Assembly (NCBI GenBank): GCA_964364265.1
Contig: CAYILA010000004.1
Coordinates: 9,126-73,125 of the forward strand
Direction of reading: 5' to 3'
Length of the DNA stretch: 64,000 bases
DNA from: an uncultured Candidatus Saccharibacteria bacterium
Lineage (GTDB): Bacteria; Patescibacteriota; UBA1384; XYA2-FULL-43-10; 1-14-0-10-43-13
Numbering within the stretch: the stretch's first letter is position 1; every line of letters starts with the position of its first letter. Below, one piece after another: positions 38,706-48,488 of the stretch. Made by a program: the position numbers and the translations under genes. Below the pieces are notes generated by a model. That model did no database searches. It saw only the letters and a list, made by a program, of their open reading frames with translations, and had not been told where the DNA came from.

Positions 38706-40202
38706 CTAATTTGTTTCGATATTCGGATTTCGAGTTTCGTATTTAAGAAATACAATCTCTCTTTTTACGACTTGATAATCTCTGCCATAAATCAATGGCG
38801 GACGCTCTTCAATATATCCTAAACTTTTAATTTCGTCAACACTCTCCCAATACAAACTGTAGCGTTTATTTTCCGTTGTCTCGATGAGTGGAAATACGAT
38901 ACAGACCGCCTCAATCTTTTTATCCAACTTTTTGATATTTTTCAAGAAATTGATGTAAGTATCCTTCACTTTCCGGTACTCACCTGCGGCGGCGCTCTGT
39001 GAAGGCATAAACTTCTTTGGCTCACCCAAGTAAGGTTCCGTAACCAGAACCATATTAGAATCTAGATTTTTGCCATGCCTGCCGGCAGGCAGGATTTTAG
39101 AATTTAGAATATTAATAAGTTCAGATGAAGTTGCATCTTCCTTAAAAAATCCTAAATTCGTACTTCTAGAATCTAGCATCTTCTCTTTTAGCCATTCCAA
39201 ATTCTTTTTTGTGTCTGATACCGCCTTCTCACTGATATCAGAGCCGATTACATCGCACCACAGCATCGCGGCTTCCATTAAAATATTACCGGAACCGCAG
39301 AAGGGATCTACCACCGCACAACGGTGGAAATCCAAATCCCTAATATCTAAATCCGAAACAATTTTTGAATTTTCAAAATTCGAATTTTTGATTTCTTTAG
39401 GATTTAGGATTTCGGATTTCGGATTTGCGTATGCGAGTGCAATGTTAACCATTGCACGAGCTAATTTATGTGGCATCATTCCCGAATATTTGTCAAAAGC
39501 CGGTTTTTCGTAGTCTCGCTCTGACCATTCTTCCGCATCGCTCAAACCGACGAGAACCCCCGCTGCCACCCCCGGTGTGGCAGCGGGGGTGTCGAACAAT
39601 CCTATCTCGATGCCTTTCCCGACAAGGTCGTTTTTAAGGGAAACGATGGATGAAAGAGCGTCCTCTTGACGAGATTCAATAAATCTTGCGGGGTGAGCGC
39701 CTTTTAACAAACGTTTTACCTCCAACCCCAAAGTATATATTTCACTCTTTTTAGCTGCGCCGAAATATTGGGAGATTCCAAAATTAATCTTACCGGTCCG
39801 CCCCATCTTCTCACGCTTAATTATGTCAGCTATTGCTATAGCCAATCCATGACTTGTCATCCCGACCGTTCCTCCTGTCATCCCGACCGAAGTGGAGGGA
39901 TCTTTTGATAGGAGACGTCGTCCCGAGCTTGCCGAGGGATTCCTCGGCTTCTTTTCATTTCGCTCGGAATGACAATTAATGAGACGGAATATTTTTATAG
40001 TGCCGCCAAGTATTTCGGAGAGCTTCGCCACTTCATCAGCTTCAATATTTTCTATGTTGATGACGGCAACATTTCCCGTTACTATGGGTTTATCAAAACA
40101 AAAACCAAGACGGCCCAAAGTCGCCTCCAACTCGACGAGCGCAATCTCTTTTTCTCGTCCCAAAACAAAAGCATATGTTCTATAGGTTTGGCTATTGTCC
40201 AT
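38706..40202 (-). CDS. Trm11-like SAM-dependent RNA methyltransferase with multiple repeat insertions
   Basis: GMMPHKLARAMVN, VDPFCGSG, GSDIS, TEPYLG. Confidence 0.8.
   Translation of the reverse strand: MDNSQTYRTYAFVLGREKEIALVELEATLGRLGFCFDKPIVTGNVAVINIENIEADEVAKLSEILGGTIKIFRLINCHSERNEKKPRNPSASSGRRLLSKDPSTSVGMTGGTVGMTSHGLAIAIADIIKREKMGRTGKINFGISQYFGAAKKSEIYTLGLEVKRLLKGAHPARFIESRQEDALSSIVSLKNDLVGKGIEIGLFDTPAATPGVAAGVLVGLSDAEEWSERDYEKPAFDKYSGMMPHKLARAMVNIALAYANPKSEILNPKEIKNSNFENSKIVSDLDIRDLDFHRCAVVDPFCGSGNILMEAAMLWCDVIGSDISEKAVSDTKKNLEWLKEKMLDSRSTNLGFFKEDATSSELINILNSKILPAGRHGKNLDSNMVLVTEPYLGEPKKFMPSQSAAAGEYRKVKDTYINFLKNIKKLDKKIEAVCIVFPLIETTENKRYSLYWESVDEIKSLGYIEERPPLIYGRDYQVVKREIVFLKYETRNPNIETN
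39331..39426. repeat. In-frame heptamer element shared with valS
   Basis: Encodes NPKSEILNPKEIKNSNFENSKIVSDLDIRD; near-identical to 58596-58715. Confidence 0.92.
39556..39590. repeat. In-frame perfect 14-bp hairpin
   Basis: acccccgctgccac-ccccggt-gtggcagcgggggt (TPAATPGVAAGV). Confidence 0.8.
39856..39973. repeat. In-frame GTCAT...ATGAC element
   Basis: gtcat at 39856 and 39877; encodes CHSERNEKKPRNPSASSGRRLLSKDPSTSVGMTGGTVGMT. Confidence 0.92.
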
Positions 40203-40395
40203 AATCGTATAATCATACCAGAAACACTTTATCCTGTCACGAGTAATCAATAGAGACTAATTACAAATTTCTAATTCCTCATCAAATCTCAATTGTAAAA
40301 TTAAATAATTGGTGTTTGGTCATTATTTAGAAATTAGAAATTCTGATTTAGAAATTTAAGGGATCCCTCCGCTTCGGTCGGGATGACAGCAATTT

Positions 40396-43300
40396 ATGCC
40401 AGATGAATCTAAAACTGAAGAGTTCAAGCCTTCTCCCTTCGTCCACCTCCATGTGCACAGTCATTATTCGATGCTGGACGGTATGGGCAAGATCCCCGAT
40501 CTGGTCGCTAAGGCCAAAGCCGACGGTCAAACCGCCCTTGCTATTACCGACCACGGCGTCATGCATGGGGCGATTGAGTTCTATGAAGAATGTGAAAAAG
40601 AGGGCATTTTGCCCCTGATCGGGGTCGAGATATATATGGCGCCCCGGACACTCAAGGACAAAACCCCCCGGATCGACGCCAACCCCTATCACCTCGTTCT
40701 GATCGCCAAGAACGAAGAGGGTTATAAGAATCTATTAAAAATCACGACAATCGCCCATCTGGAGGGATATTATTACAAACCGAGAATCGATAAGGCCACG
40801 CTCAAGAAACACTCCGCCGGTTTGATTGCCCTTTCCGCCTGTTTGCAGGGCGAAATCCCGCGCAAAGCGCTTGAAAATATGGACAGAGCAAGAGGAGCAA
40901 TCTTGGAATACAAGGAGATATTTCCAAACGGCGATTTTTATCTCGAAGTCCAAAAACACCCCTCGATCCAGATTCAAGACCGGGTCAATAAATTGATATT
41001 ACAACTTGCCAAAGAAACTGGTCTCAAAGTAGTCGCCACCTGCGACACCCATTATGTCAATCCGGACGACGCCATTGCCCAAGACGCTCTCATCTGCCTC
41101 CAGACCGGCCGTATTCTCTCCGATACCAACCGTATGTCGATGAAGGGGGATGATTACTCCTTAAAGACCACCGCCGAGATGATGGCCAATTTCCCCGATA
41201 ATCCCGAGACAATCACTAACACCCAAGAGATCGCGGAGAAGTGCAACCTTCACCTCGAGCTCGGCGGAATGATCTTTCCGGTCTTTCCTGTCCCGGAGAA
41301 CTATAGCATTGAATCTTATTTTATGGAGAAGGCCTATCTCGGGCTGAACTGGCGCTACGGAAGCGAGAAGATCAATAAAGATGATCTATATGCCGCTATT
41401 GATGTCATTCCCACCTCCTCTCCTGTCATCCCGACCGAAGCGGAGGGATCCCTCGACTCGCAAACCACACTCTCTCGGGATGACATTTTTAATGTTCAAT
41501 TCAAGAAAATAACGGCAGATATATTAAAAATATCACCTGAAATCTGGGAACGAGCCGAATACGAACTGGGCGTGATTAATAAAATGGGCTATCAGGGCTA
41601 TTTCTTAATTGTGGCCGACTATGTCAACTGGGCCAAGGAGCAGGGAATAGCCGTCGGTCCGGGCCGCGGCTCGGCCGCCGGTTCAATCATCGCTTTCGGC
41701 ATGAATATCACCAATCTTGACCCGTTGCAGTTCGATCTCCTCTTTGAACGATTTTTGAACCCCGATCGAATAAGCATGCCGGATGTTGATATGGATTTTG
41801 CCGATTCCAGACGGGGTGAGGTAATTGAATATGTTTGTTCCAAATATGGCCGCGATCATGTCGCCCAGATTATCACCTTTGGCACCATGGCTGCCAGGAT
41901 GGCGATACGCGATGTCGGGCGGGTTTTGGGCATGAGCTATGCCGAGGTTGACCTGATAGCCAAGCTAATTCCCCTTGGCATGCATCTGCAGGAGTCGATC
42001 GATTTCGTCTCCGAGCTCAAGGATCTCTACTCGGCTAATGCTCAAGTCAAGGAGTGTCTCGATATCGCCAAGAAGCTGGAGGGTGTTGTCCGCCACGCCT
42101 CCGTTCACGCCGCAGGCGTGGTCATTTCAAAGGAAAGATTGACCGAATATGTCCCCCTCCAGGAAGCTGCCAAAGGTGATATTTCAGTCGTAACCCAGTA
42201 CTCGATGAACCCGATCGAACACCTCGGCCTTTTGAAAATGGACTTTCTCGGCCTTTCCAACCTCACCATCATCCAAAATGCTCTTCGTATCATTCGCAAA
42301 ACTAAAAATACCGAGCTCGATATTGATAGTATCCCCTTGGATGATAAAGAAAGTTACAAGCTCCTCTCCCGCGCCGAAACGATCGGCATCTTCCAATTGG
42401 AATCGGAGGGCATGCGCCGCTACCTGAAAGAACTCAAACCGAATGTCTTTGAAGATATTATCGCTATGGTCGCTCTCTATCGTCCCGGCCCGATGCAATG
42501 GATTGACTCCTTCATCGCCCGCAAACACGGCAAAGAGCCGATCAGCTACGCTCACGAAAAAGCCAAGGCCTCGCTTGAAAATACCTACGGAATCATTGTC
42601 TATCAGGAACAGTTGATGCAGATGGCCAAGGATATGGCCAATTTCAGCGGCGGCCAGGCCGACACTCTCCGCAAAGCGACCGGCAAGAAAATCAAGGAAT
42701 TGATGGTTAAGGTCGGCAAAGAGTTTGTCGAAGGTTGTATTAATAACGAGATTGATAAGAAAATCGCCGAAGAGCTTTACCACGCTATGCAGGATTTCGC
42801 CCAATACTCCTTCAACAAATCCCATGCCGCCTGCTACGCCCTAATCTCTTATCAGACCGCCTATCTTAAAGCCCACTATCCCTCCGAATTTATGGCTTCT
42901 TTAATGACCTCGAACCAGGGCGATCTCGATAAGCTGGCGATTGACATTTCCGAATGCGAGCGGATGGACATTAAAGTCCTCCCCCCTTCGGTTAATGAAT
43001 CCTTCGTCGAGTTCGGTGTGGTCAAGGAAACCGGTAATGTCCGCTTCGGCCTTTCGGCTATCAAGAATGTCGGTGCGGCCGTGGCCGAAGAGATCGTCGA
43101 GGAGAGGAAGAATAATGGAATCTATGCCGACCTCAAAAGTTTGATAACGCGGCTTGATGCCAAAGTAATAAACAAGAAATCACTCGAAGCCCTGATTATG
43201 GCCGGCGCTTTGGATGACCTGGGGGAGAGAGCCGAATTGATATACAATCTGGAACGGATTTTGAGCTTTGCCAATTCTTTTTCAAAAAACAAGACCTCGG

Positions 43301-44124
43301 GCCAGAATTCGCTCTTCGGTGAATCGGAGATTCAAATCGGCGATATTGAATTGGAAAAAACCAAACCGGCGGACCGCAAACAACGGCTGACCTGGGAGCG
43401 TGAACTTTTGGGAATGTATGTCTCGGAACACCCCCTGCAGGGAATCGCCCACACTCTTGAACCAAACCGAAACAAGAAGATGAACGAGATCACAGAAGAT
43501 ATTGAAGGCGAATTCATCCGCGTCGCCGGCATCATTACCACAATCCAAAAGATTCTAACCCGCTCCAACCAAAACATGGTCTTTGCCAAACTGGAGGATT
43601 TAAACGGCAATGTTGAAATTCTGGCTTTTCCCAAAGTTCTGGAAGCTAATCCGCTTCTCTGGCTGGCTGATAAGATCGTGGCTGTTGACGGTTATGTCTC
43701 GTTTAAGGACGGCGCGCCCAAGATTTTGGCCGAAGCGATCCATGAAATATCAGAAACTAAGAATGCCCCCGCTTTTGAACCCAGGGCTAAGAAAAAAAGG
43801 GAATTTGGTTCTCCTCCTAGGGTAGGGGGAGTTAGTAGGGGTACGAATGCACCTGATGGCCCCCAAAATGCCGTTAGTGTAGCTTCTATCACCTCCCGGA
43901 CCCCCAAATTAATAACTATTACCGTTCCGGCCGGTTCCCACATGGATATCCTGCAGGATATTAAAGAGATTTTGCAAAAGCACCCGGGCGAAACTGCCGT
44001 AACATTAAAAATCCCCAACAACGGATCGGGTTATAAAGAGATTAAAATCAAAACTAAAGTCGAGCGCAATCCGGTGCTTCTGCGCCAGTTAAAAGAATTG
44101 GTCGGCAAAGAAAATGTTGTTTAA
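40396..44124 (+). CDS. dnaE: DNA polymerase III subunit alpha
   Basis: FVHLHVHSHYSMLDG, GPGRGSAAGS, MPDVDMDF, YSFNKSHA, OB fold. Confidence 0.99.
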   Translation: MPDESKTEEFKPSPFVHLHVHSHYSMLDGMGKIPDLVAKAKADGQTALAITDHGVMHGAIEFYEECEKEGILPLIGVEIYMAPRTLKDKTPRIDANPYHLVLIAKNEEGYKNLLKITTIAHLEGYYYKPRIDKATLKKHSAGLIALSACLQGEIPRKALENMDRARGAILEYKEIFPNGDFYLEVQKHPSIQIQDRVNKLILQLAKETGLKVVATCDTHYVNPDDAIAQDALICLQTGRILSDTNRMSMKGDDYSLKTTAEMMANFPDNPETITNTQEIAEKCNLHLELGGMIFPVFPVPENYSIESYFMEKAYLGLNWRYGSEKINKDDLYAAIDVIPTSSPVIPTEAEGSLDSQTTLSRDDIFNVQFKKITADILKISPEIWERAEYELGVINKMGYQGYFLIVADYVNWAKEQGIAVGPGRGSAAGSIIAFGMNITNLDPLQFDLLFERFLNPDRISMPDVDMDFADSRRGEVIEYVCSKYGRDHVAQIITFGTMAARMAIRDVGRVLGMSYAEVDLIAKLIPLGMHLQESIDFVSELKDLYSANAQVKECLDIAKKLEGVVRHASVHAAGVVISKERLTEYVPLQEAAKGDISVVTQYSMNPIEHLGLLKMDFLGLSNLTIIQNALRIIRKTKNTELDIDSIPLDDKESYKLLSRAETIGIFQLESEGMRRYLKELKPNVFEDIIAMVALYRPGPMQWIDSFIARKHGKEPISYAHEKAKASLENTYGIIVYQEQLMQMAKDMANFSGGQADTLRKATGKKIKELMVKVGKEFVEGCINNEIDKKIAEELYHAMQDFAQYSFNKSHAACYALISYQTAYLKAHYPSEFMASLMTSNQGDLDKLAIDISECERMDIKVLPPSVNESFVEFGVVKETGNVRFGLSAIKNVGAAVAEEIVEERKNNGIYADLKSLITRLDAKVINKKSLEALIMAGALDDLGERAELIYNLERILSFANSFSKNKTSGQNSLFGESEIQIGDIELEKTKPADRKQRLTWERELLGMYVSEHPLQGIAHTLEPNRNKKMNEITEDIEGEFIRVAGIITTIQKILTRSNQNMVFAKLEDLNGNVEILAFPKVLEANPLLWLADKIVAVDGYVSFKDGAPKILAEAIHEISETKNAPAFEPRAKKKREFGSPPRVGGVSRGTNAPDGPQNAVSVASITSRTPKLITITVPAGSHMDILQDIKEILQKHPGETAVTLKIPNNGSGYKEIKIKTKVERNPVLLRQLKELVGKENVV
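41404..41484. repeat. In-frame GTCAT...ATGAC element in dnaE
   Basis: 81 nt; gtcat at 41404 and 41425; encodes VIPTSSPVIPTEAEGSLDSQTTLSRDD. Confidence 0.92.
43808..43843. repeat. In-frame CCCCT-family half element in the dnaE C-terminal linker
   Basis: gttctcctcct-agggt-agggggag-ttagtaggggta (SPPRVGGVSRG). Confidence 0.7.
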
Positions 44125-44126
44125 TT

Positions 44127-44548
44127 CCCTCCCCTAAATTAGGGGAGGATAGGTGGGGTACTATGAATAAATATCATTTTAATAACTCAGACATTAAAAT
44201 AATTAGACAAGTATTACGAAGAAATATGCCTCAACCGGAGGTGATCCTCTGGAATAGGATACGGGGCAAACAGTTGGGATATAAATTCAGAAGACAGTTT
44301 AGCATTATTAATTACATAATCGATTTTTATTGCCCGGAAAAACATCTTGCAATTGAAATTGATGGAGAATCTCATTTCCGACCAAGAAATATTGAATGCG
44401 ATAATATTAGAGACAATAACCTGAGAACAATTGGGATTAAAGTTTTAAGATTTACAAACATTGAGATTAAAGACAACATGGATGGGGTGATAACAGCTAT
44501 ACTTTCAGAGCTCAATACCCCCTCTTACTCCCCCTAATCTAGGGGAAG
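44127..44548 (+). mobile_element. DUF559-like gene bounded by hairpin-containing inverted repeats
   Basis: Left 44127-44160 and right 44516-44548 are imperfect inverted repeats, each with a cccct...agggg hairpin. Confidence 0.65.
44163..44537 (+). CDS. DUF559 / Vsr-like endonuclease domain protein
   Basis: LRRNMPQPEVILW, KFRRQ, IIDFYC, IEIDGESH, RD..L...G.KVLRF. Confidence 0.92.
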   Translation: MNKYHFNNSDIKIIRQVLRRNMPQPEVILWNRIRGKQLGYKFRRQFSIINYIIDFYCPEKHLAIEIDGESHFRPRNIECDNIRDNNLRTIGIKVLRFTNIEIKDNMDGVITAILSELNTPSYSP

Positions 44549-44588
44549 CAAACTATTATAATTAATTAATGATTGTTATAATGTTTTT

Positions 44589-45125
44589 ATGAGCGAAAAC
44601 CAATTTGATAAAATCAAGGAGAAAGACGAGATCCTTTTGTCGGTTTACCGCAAGAGCATTCTTCCCTATTACAGCCAGTTGATACTGGGCCTGATCTGCG
44701 GTCTCGGCTCGATTATACTGACCTCCTTTTTTCCCGACCTGGCTTACGCCGCTTGGATCTTCGGCATCGGCTTCACCCTGATGGCCTATTTCATTCTACG
44801 CGCCTGGTACTGCTGGAACAAAAGCCTGTTCTTTATCACCAACTTGCGGGTGATCGCCCTGACACAGGAGGGGATTTTCTCACAGAAAAAGGAGGAATCA
44901 TATCTCGAGGACATCTGCCAGACCGCCGCCAAGGTGAAGGGCTTCAGACAGTCAATATTCCACTACGGCCGCGTCCTGGTCCAAACCGAAGCCGAACTCT
45001 GGCTTGAAGATATCGAGAGGCCGCATGAGGTTAATGACGCTATTTTCGACGCCGTCCGCAAGCATGTCCATCAACACACAAATACGCTTCCAAACAAATT
45101 CTGGAAGATGAAGGACAAGAAATAA
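44589..45125 (+). CDS. Membrane protein with bacterial PH-like domain
   Basis: Two TM helices, FITNLRVI...QEGIF, FHYGRVLVQT. Confidence 0.75.
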   Translation: MSENQFDKIKEKDEILLSVYRKSILPYYSQLILGLICGLGSIILTSFFPDLAYAAWIFGIGFTLMAYFILRAWYCWNKSLFFITNLRVIALTQEGIFSQKKEESYLEDICQTAAKVKGFRQSIFHYGRVLVQTEAELWLEDIERPHEVNDAIFDAVRKHVHQHTNTLPNKFWKMKDKK

Positions 45126-45191
45126 AACAAAGCCTATCAGCATATCAGCCCCAACGGGGACCTTTCGGGTCTGGTCAGCTAATCAGCCTAA

Positions 45192-46283
45192 TTACAGGCT
45201 GATTTTTTTAGTTCTGATATTAAGAAATTTAATCAGGACCACAAGCGCGACTAGGAGCACAAAAGCAAAAATTACTTTGTCCAGAGTTTTTAGTTCCAGG
45301 GCGGCGTAGCCGAAGCCGGCCGAGATTAAATATAAAAATACGATTGACTGCCGGGCCGAAAAGCCGGCCGAGAGAAACCGATGATGAAGATGGGTCTTGT
45401 CGGGGGTGGTAAATGGATTTTTATGTCGCAGAATCCGCCCGCCTGCCACCAAGACGCCGTCCAGTATCGGAAATCCCAGGACTAAAAATGCCGTTGCCAG
45501 CTTCCCGCCGGAGATGATTGCCAAAATCGCCAAGATGTAGCCCAGGAACATACTGCCGGAGTCGCCCATAAAGATTTTGGCCGGCGGAAAGTTCCAGACC
45601 AGGAACCCGGCCGCCACGCCGGCGACAATTATTGAAAGCATTGCCGTAGCCGGTTGGTTTACTCCCAAACTTATTGATAAGAAAAATATCGTCAAAGCCG
45701 AAATGCCGGCGATTCCGCCCGCCAGTCCATCCACCCCATCGACAAAATTGATCACATTCATCATCCCGACCAGCCAGATTAGAGTCAAAAGGTCGGATAT
45801 GAGCGAAAAGTGATAAGTGATGCCATGATAGGTCAATATTGGAATGTACACAGTGTTCAGATTAATCGGATTGCCGAAGGGATTTGAGAGCAGATCAATC
45901 CCGACGCCGGAGGCGATTACCATCAGCGCGGCTAATATCTGAAATGACAATTTCTGCCAGGCCCTAAGGCCGCGGATATCATCGATTAGCATCGAAAGGA
46001 CAATTATCGTCGCTCCAAACCAGATGCCGACCAAGTGTTTATCTAAAGTTAGCCAATTGCCATTTCCAAACCTCGCTTCGGTCAAATAAAGATAGGCGAT
46101 CAAGGAGGTGATCAGGAAGGACAGGAATATGGCCACACCCCCGACTCTGGGAACCGGTATTATATGAACATCCCGTTTGCGCGGTCTTCTGACTATGCCA
46201 AAACGAGCGCCCGCATTGCGCGCTAACCATGTGAGTGTAAGAGATAAACCGAAAGCTATGACAAATGCTACAAAATAATTCAT
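45192..46283 (-). CDS. Undecaprenyl-phosphate GlcNAc-1-phosphate transferase (WecA/TagO family)
   Basis: PRVGG, IDD, NFVDGVDGLA, NFPPAKIFMGDSG, HLHH. Confidence 0.93.
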   Translation of the reverse strand: MNYFVAFVIAFGLSLTLTWLARNAGARFGIVRRPRKRDVHIIPVPRVGGVAIFLSFLITSLIAYLYLTEARFGNGNWLTLDKHLVGIWFGATIIVLSMLIDDIRGLRAWQKLSFQILAALMVIASGVGIDLLSNPFGNPINLNTVYIPILTYHGITYHFSLISDLLTLIWLVGMMNVINFVDGVDGLAGGIAGISALTIFFLSISLGVNQPATAMLSIIVAGVAAGFLVWNFPPAKIFMGDSGSMFLGYILAILAIISGGKLATAFLVLGFPILDGVLVAGGRILRHKNPFTTPDKTHLHHRFLSAGFSARQSIVFLYLISAGFGYAALELKTLDKVIFAFVLLVALVVLIKFLNIRTKKISL

Positions 46284-46343
46284 AATTTCTAATGACTAAT
46301 TTCTAATCAAACCCCAATGAACAAATAACCACTCATCCATCTT

Positions 46344-46410
46344 GTCATTCCGGCCTAGAAGCTTGAGAGCCGGAATCTTTCTCAAGATTCCCGATCAGGT
46401 CGGGAATGAC
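46344..46410. repeat. GTCAT...ATGAC element nested in a heptamer inverted array (about 46285-46470)
   Basis: gtcattccggc...gccggaatct...agattcccgatcaggtcgggaatgac. Confidence 0.88.
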
Positions 46411-46497
46411 ATCACTTGATTGAATTGCTAATTTGGTAATTGGTTGTTGATTAGTAATTAGAAATTCTTAATTCGACATTTGCAATGTTTAGTTCTA

Positions 46498-47100
46498 CTA
46501 AAACATTGCGGAGTGGTCTGCGCGCTCGTAATCGTATATTTCCTCTTCCGAGAACCAATGGGCAATTTCGTGCTTGGCTTCCTCTTTGTTTTCAGAAGCG
46601 TGAATCAAATTTTTGATAGCTCGACCGGATAAATTTGCAGCGGCTGGAGAGTCAATCGAGTAATCACCGCGGATTGTGCCGATCTCCGCATTGTGCGGCA
46701 AAGTAGCGCCGACGATCTTTCTAACCATGTCTACGGCGTGCACTCCCTCAACCACCATCGCCACCACCGGGGCGTCGGCAATGAAATTGACCAGCCACTC
46801 CCGAACCATCCTGCCGGCTTCCTTTTTGTCGTCGGTTCCCATTACATCCTTTGGGTTCATTCCATATTCGGCAAAAGTATTGAAACCCTTTTCTCCCAAA
46901 CGCTCAATCCAGGTCTCGTCCTTGGGATAGTGTGCGTCAACATGCTCGATCGAGGGCTTCATCATCTTCATGGCCGCAATCTTTAATCCGCGGCGCTCGA
47001 ACCTGGAAACGATATCTCCGATTAATCCTCGCTCGACACCGTCTGGTTTAACCATCACAAAAGTTCTATCCAACACGATTTCAGGTATTCGCTTATCCAT
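46498..47100 (-). CDS. ndk: Nucleoside diphosphate kinase
   Basis: RTFVMVKPDGV, GTIRGD, NLIHASE. Confidence 0.97.
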   Translation of the reverse strand: MDKRIPEIVLDRTFVMVKPDGVERGLIGDIVSRFERRGLKIAAMKMMKPSIEHVDAHYPKDETWIERLGEKGFNTFAEYGMNPKDVMGTDDKKEAGRMVREWLVNFIADAPVVAMVVEGVHAVDMVRKIVGATLPHNAEIGTIRGDYSIDSPAAANLSGRAIKNLIHASENKEEAKHEIAHWFSEEEIYDYERADHSAMF

Positions 47101-47107
47101 GCATCTC

Positions 47108-48394
47108 CTATAACATAAATAGATTTGTAATATCTTTCTCTTCGAGTGCCGGTCCGATGTACGCCAAAGACATTCGGTTGTCCACCAAATATTTCTTCGC
47201 TATTTTCAATATATCACTCGGTCTGACTTTTTCATACTCTTTCAAAATTTCCTCCGGTGATTTCGTAACACCGGCGATTGTCTCGTATCGGGCGTAGTGG
47301 TCGGCTACCTCGAATGAGTCCTCAAGGTCAATCATGGTCTGACCGTTTAAAATCTCCTTTACTCTGCTTAATTCTGACTCTGTTACCTCTTTTTCAGTCA
47401 CTTTCCGGTATTCATCCAATATCGCTTTGATCGTTTCTTTAACTTTTGAATGCGGCACCCCCGCCTGCGTTTCAATCGATCCCGCCTCGCGGTAACAGCC
47501 GAACGATGTCCGGACGGCGTAGGCCAACCCTCTTTTCTCCCGCACCTCGACGAACATTCTCGAACTCATCGATCCGCCCAAAATCACGCCAAGTAATTTC
47601 AAGGCGCTTCTGTCTTCGGAGACAAACGGAGGACCGAAGAAGCCAATCATCAAGTGGGACTGTTCCGTCTTTTTGGGAACGATAATTACAGATTTACTCT
47701 GATTAAGGACAATCTGTTCCGGATTCTCCGGACTGCCTGCCTTGGAGACAGCCTTTGTGCCGGTAAAAACAAATTTTTCCTCAATCAATTTTTCAATTTG
47801 CGCCTCGGTCGTCTCGCCGAAATTTCCGGCCATCGCCACAACGCAGTTCTCGGCCGTGTAGTGGTGTTTGCGATACTCCAATAAGTCATCCCTCTCCAAG
47901 CCCGACACGCTCTCCTTCGTTCCGATAATGTCGCGGCCGAGGGCGTTTTTACCAAATAGAGCTTCCTCGAATTTGTTATCGATATTCTCCATCGGTTGGT
48001 CTTCGTACATATTGATCTCTTCGATAATGACTCCTTTTTCCTTTTTCAGTTCCTCCGAGTCGTATGTCGAGTGTAAGACATTGTCGGAAACGAAATCGAC
48101 CCCCTTCTCCAAATGCTTGGGCGTGACCTTTGTGTAATAGGCGGTGTACTCCTTGCCGGTGAAGGCGTTGTGTTCGCCCCCGATCGACTCGATAAATTCC
48201 GCCACTTCCAGAAATGTCGGGCGTTTCAAGGTCCCCTTGTAGTTCATATGCTCGAGCAGATGCGAGATTCCGGCCAGTTTATCTGATTCGTGTCTGCTTC
48301 CGACTCCGAACATCGTCATAATCGTGACCACGCCGGTGGATTTATTCGGCATCAGCATCAGCCGAACCCCGTTCTTCAGAACAATCTTTTTCAT
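47108..48394 (-). CDS. M16 family zinc peptidase
   Basis: HLLEH inverted zinc motif, NAFT, SSRMFVEVREKRGLAY. Confidence 0.95.
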   Translation of the reverse strand: MKKIVLKNGVRLMLMPNKSTGVVTIMTMFGVGSRHESDKLAGISHLLEHMNYKGTLKRPTFLEVAEFIESIGGEHNAFTGKEYTAYYTKVTPKHLEKGVDFVSDNVLHSTYDSEELKKEKGVIIEEINMYEDQPMENIDNKFEEALFGKNALGRDIIGTKESVSGLERDDLLEYRKHHYTAENCVVAMAGNFGETTEAQIEKLIEEKFVFTGTKAVSKAGSPENPEQIVLNQSKSVIIVPKKTEQSHLMIGFFGPPFVSEDRSALKLLGVILGGSMSSRMFVEVREKRGLAYAVRTSFGCYREAGSIETQAGVPHSKVKETIKAILDEYRKVTEKEVTESELSRVKEILNGQTMIDLEDSFEVADHYARYETIAGVTKSPEEILKEYEKVRPSDILKIAKKYLVDNRMSLAYIGPALEEKDITNLFML

Positions 48395-48407
48395 TTATGC
48401 TCCATTC

Positions 48408-48483
48408 TGGTATGCCTGGGAGGACTTGAACCTCCGACCCCCAGCTCCGCAAGCTGGTGCTCTATCCGCTGAGCTACAGGCAC
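48408..48483 (-). tRNA. tRNA-Arg(GCG)
   Basis: 76-nt cloverleaf; ccagc-ttGCGga-gctgg; encoded CCA. Confidence 0.95.
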
Positions 48484-48488
48484 ATATC

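Noticed and set aside
41404-41484. Inteins in DnaE, ValS or TsaD
   Set aside because: The inserts are only 10-50 aa, lack His-Asn splicing termini and match intergenic DNA repeats.
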